Below are positions 61,996-64,000 of a stretch of 64,000 nucleotides of DNA, one piece after another (the first letter of the stretch is position 1; each line of letters begins with the position of its first letter). The stretch is from an uncultured virus (IMG/VR IMGVR_UViG_2061766007_000494) (Duplodnaviria; Heunggongvirae; Uroviricota; Caudoviricetes). The position numbers and the translations under genes were made by a program. The stretch is taken from IMG/VR virus record IMGVR_UViG_2061766007_000494; one strand, given 5' to 3'. The notes below the pieces were generated by a model. That model was not told the origin of the DNA and ran no database searches. It saw only the letters and a program-made list of their open reading frames with translations.

Positions 61996-62575
61996 AGTCC
62001 TGTTTGACAAGGACGCGGAGGAAACATGGGGCGATAACCCGCAGACGATAGGCGAAGGAAATCCTCCTGAAGAAATCGGGGGGAGAAAGGCTGTCGGCGT
62101 TCTGGTAGTCAAGGATGGCAAGTATCTTGTCGGAACCAGAATCAGCAATACCGGCTACGGGCAAATCTGCGGCCCCGGTGGACACGTGGAACCGGGCGAG
62201 AATCCTGCCTACGCCGCGATGCGCGAGACGGACGAAGAATTCGGTATCATCCCAAACGACCTGTACTTTATCGACTGTAAAGAACCTGATTCGGAAACCG
62301 GGTTGGAAAGCTACATGTTCCTCTGTACGGACTTCGAGGGCGAGCCGAAATGCGATGACGAAGAAATGACCGGTGCGCATTGGCTGTCCGACAAAGAAGT
62401 TGCCCTGCTGGAAGACAACGCATTCCCCGCATTCCTGAACGGGATAGAAAGAGTTAAGAAATCTCTTGAACACCCGGAGGAAGAACCTGACGAAGAATAC
62501 CCCAACGTAAGAGACAAAGACGAAGGGAAACCGATGGTTTCAGCCTTCCGAGGCGGAATCGAAACCAGAATATAA
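61985..62575 (+). CDS. NUDIX hydrolase
   Basis: GGHVEPGENPAYAAMRETDEEFGI Nudix box. Confidence 0.9.
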   Translation: MSYEVLFDKDAEETWGDNPQTIGEGNPPEEIGGRKAVGVLVVKDGKYLVGTRISNTGYGQICGPGGHVEPGENPAYAAMRETDEEFGIIPNDLYFIDCKEPDSETGLESYMFLCTDFEGEPKCDDEEMTGAHWLSDKEVALLEDNAFPAFLNGIERVKKSLEHPEEEPDEEYPNVRDKDEGKPMVSAFRGGIETRI

Positions 62576-62825
62576 AGAAAACTCTTGACAATATCACAAA
62601 TTTACGGTATGATATCGTAAAGGAGTGATAAAGCATGAAGGTCAAGAGTGTTGAAGAACTGAAGTTCATGAGCGAGGAGCTGCAAAGGGCTTACGTTGCG
62701 AAGTGTGCGGACTACTGGGAAAAGAACTTCATGGGAAAAGACTGGGAGAAGATGAACCCGGAGGAACAGGAAGAAGACGATAAGTTGAGGGACATATTCC
62801 GGTACGCGAGAATAAACCTTGATGA

Positions 62826-63656
62826 TTGAATAGCGGGGAGGGAAACCTTCCCGCTTTCTTTGTGGATATGGACGAGATTGCCAAGAAATTCAAAGGGCGG
62901 AAAGTGCTTCCGAGCAGAACCGTACCGATATATCCGAAAAGCGCCGAACGAGAGATACAAAGACTCGTTGGCGCTTATTTTATTGAGCTTTCAAAAGTTG
63001 TTCGTGACGGCGGAAGCTATAAGCGCATTGAACGGATGGCGACCGGGAAGTCTGTGTCGGGCAGGATTGACAAGATATCCCGTCAGGTACAATACCACGC
63101 AATCAGAGAGTGGAAGCGATGCCTGCAAGATACCTTGGGTGCGGATGTCCCCGCAGACTACTACACTAATCTGTTCAAGGATACAGCCGAAGAGTGGAAG
63201 AAGTCCGTAGCGGAGCAGCTTTCCGGTTTTCCAGAGGCGGCGAAGCAGTACAAGAAGGAAATACTTCGAGAGTGCCGCAAGAAGGGCATGACAAAGCAGG
63301 AAACCAGACGGGAACTGAGCATGAAACTTGCGTCACAAAAGCGGCAGGCGAAAGCAAGGGCTGTGGCTTCTGTTGCGAATCTGTTTGGCGATTTGAGCAG
63401 GCTTCAGCAGAAGGACGCGGGATGCAAAAGGTACAAATGGAGAACTCAAAGGGACAGCCGCGTGAGGTCATGCCACAGGGCGCTGGAAGGAAAGATTTTT
63501 TCTTGGGACAATCCGCCTATGATGTGGAGAGAAACTGCACACGGAATCGTTTACACGGGCGAGAGATGCAATCCCGGTGAAGACTGGGGATGCAGATGCA
63601 TCGCAATTCCTGTGTTTGATATAAGTAGCCTGACATTACCTGATATGGGGGAATAA
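62826..63656 (+). CDS. MuF / SPP1 gp7-like head morphogenesis protein (short, no toxin tail)
   Basis: YKWRT.RDSRVR..H..LEGKIFSW..PP...PGEDWGCRC. Confidence 0.88.
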   Translation: MNSGEGNLPAFFVDMDEIAKKFKGRKVLPSRTVPIYPKSAEREIQRLVGAYFIELSKVVRDGGSYKRIERMATGKSVSGRIDKISRQVQYHAIREWKRCLQDTLGADVPADYYTNLFKDTAEEWKKSVAEQLSGFPEAAKQYKKEILRECRKKGMTKQETRRELSMKLASQKRQAKARAVASVANLFGDLSRLQQKDAGCKRYKWRTQRDSRVRSCHRALEGKIFSWDNPPMMWRETAHGIVYTGERCNPGEDWGCRCIAIPVFDISSLTLPDMGE

Positions 63657-63658
63657 TA

Positions 63659-64000
63659 ATGGACAACAAAGAAGCAATCGCCGCTTGGAGAGCACGGAGG
63701 GAAAAACGCCTATCGGCACGTGGTATGTCCCATAAGGACGAAGACCAATGGGTGACTATAAAGGGTACGCATGTTCTTGTTGGGGAAAACGGGAAAATCA
63801 AGAACAACTTCATCGACGGGAAAGCAGAAGCTCGTTTAGGCGGAAAGAATATGCGTGAAGTAGACAAGGGAATCCAAAAGAAAAGCGAGCCTGAAGGTGC
63901 CGAACAGAGTGTCGGAAAGAAAAACAACAGGCACAATGAAGTATACGGGCCAGTTACCCTAAGCGATGAAATAAAAGACATGGCTGTAGATTTCAAGGAT
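63659..64000 (+). CDS. Leader-bearing head-module protein (runs off the window)
   Basis: MDNKEAIAAWRARREKRLSARGMSHKDEDQWVTIKGTHVLV. Confidence 0.7.
   Translation, partial: MDNKEAIAAWRARREKRLSARGMSHKDEDQWVTIKGTHVLVGENGKIKNNFIDGKAEARLGGKNMREVDKGIQKKSEPEGAEQSVGKKNNRHNEVYGPVTLSDEIKDMAVDFKD

Overview
From about 2 kb to the end, this window reads as a large temperate tailed phage of a Firmicutes (Clostridia-like) host. It is in the non-integrated configuration: an intact attP with a tRNA 3'-end core sits beside a tyrosine integrase. The left arm (minus strand) has many small accessory genes, a TnpB element inserted in a small gene, DNA-modification genes, an ADP-ribosylglycohydrolase, a CCA-adding enzyme, a nucleotidyltransferase, and two related tRNA/ncRNA islands (about 4.1-5.9 kb and 31.0-33.4 kb). 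The right arm (plus strand) has the CI/Cro switch, recombination and replication genes, terminase, a cassette of toxin-like/immunity-like genes, portal, NUDIX and MuF. Bases 1-1990 look like a separate iteron-type replicon joined across a 10-N gap. Most notable: (i) a head-module protein array sharing a basic N-terminal leader ending in Asp, with toxin/immunity pairs; (ii) tRNA mimics with conserved acceptor/D/T arms but no canonical anticodon loop, plus an Ala-type minihelix; (iii) an in-frame TAG in terL whose context suggests stop-hopping; (iv) stand-alone TnpB omegaRNA scaffolds inside tRNA operons; (v) several unassigned structured RNAs. Family assignments come from recognising motifs by eye, not from database searches. 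N-runs hide parts of several genes and tRNAs.
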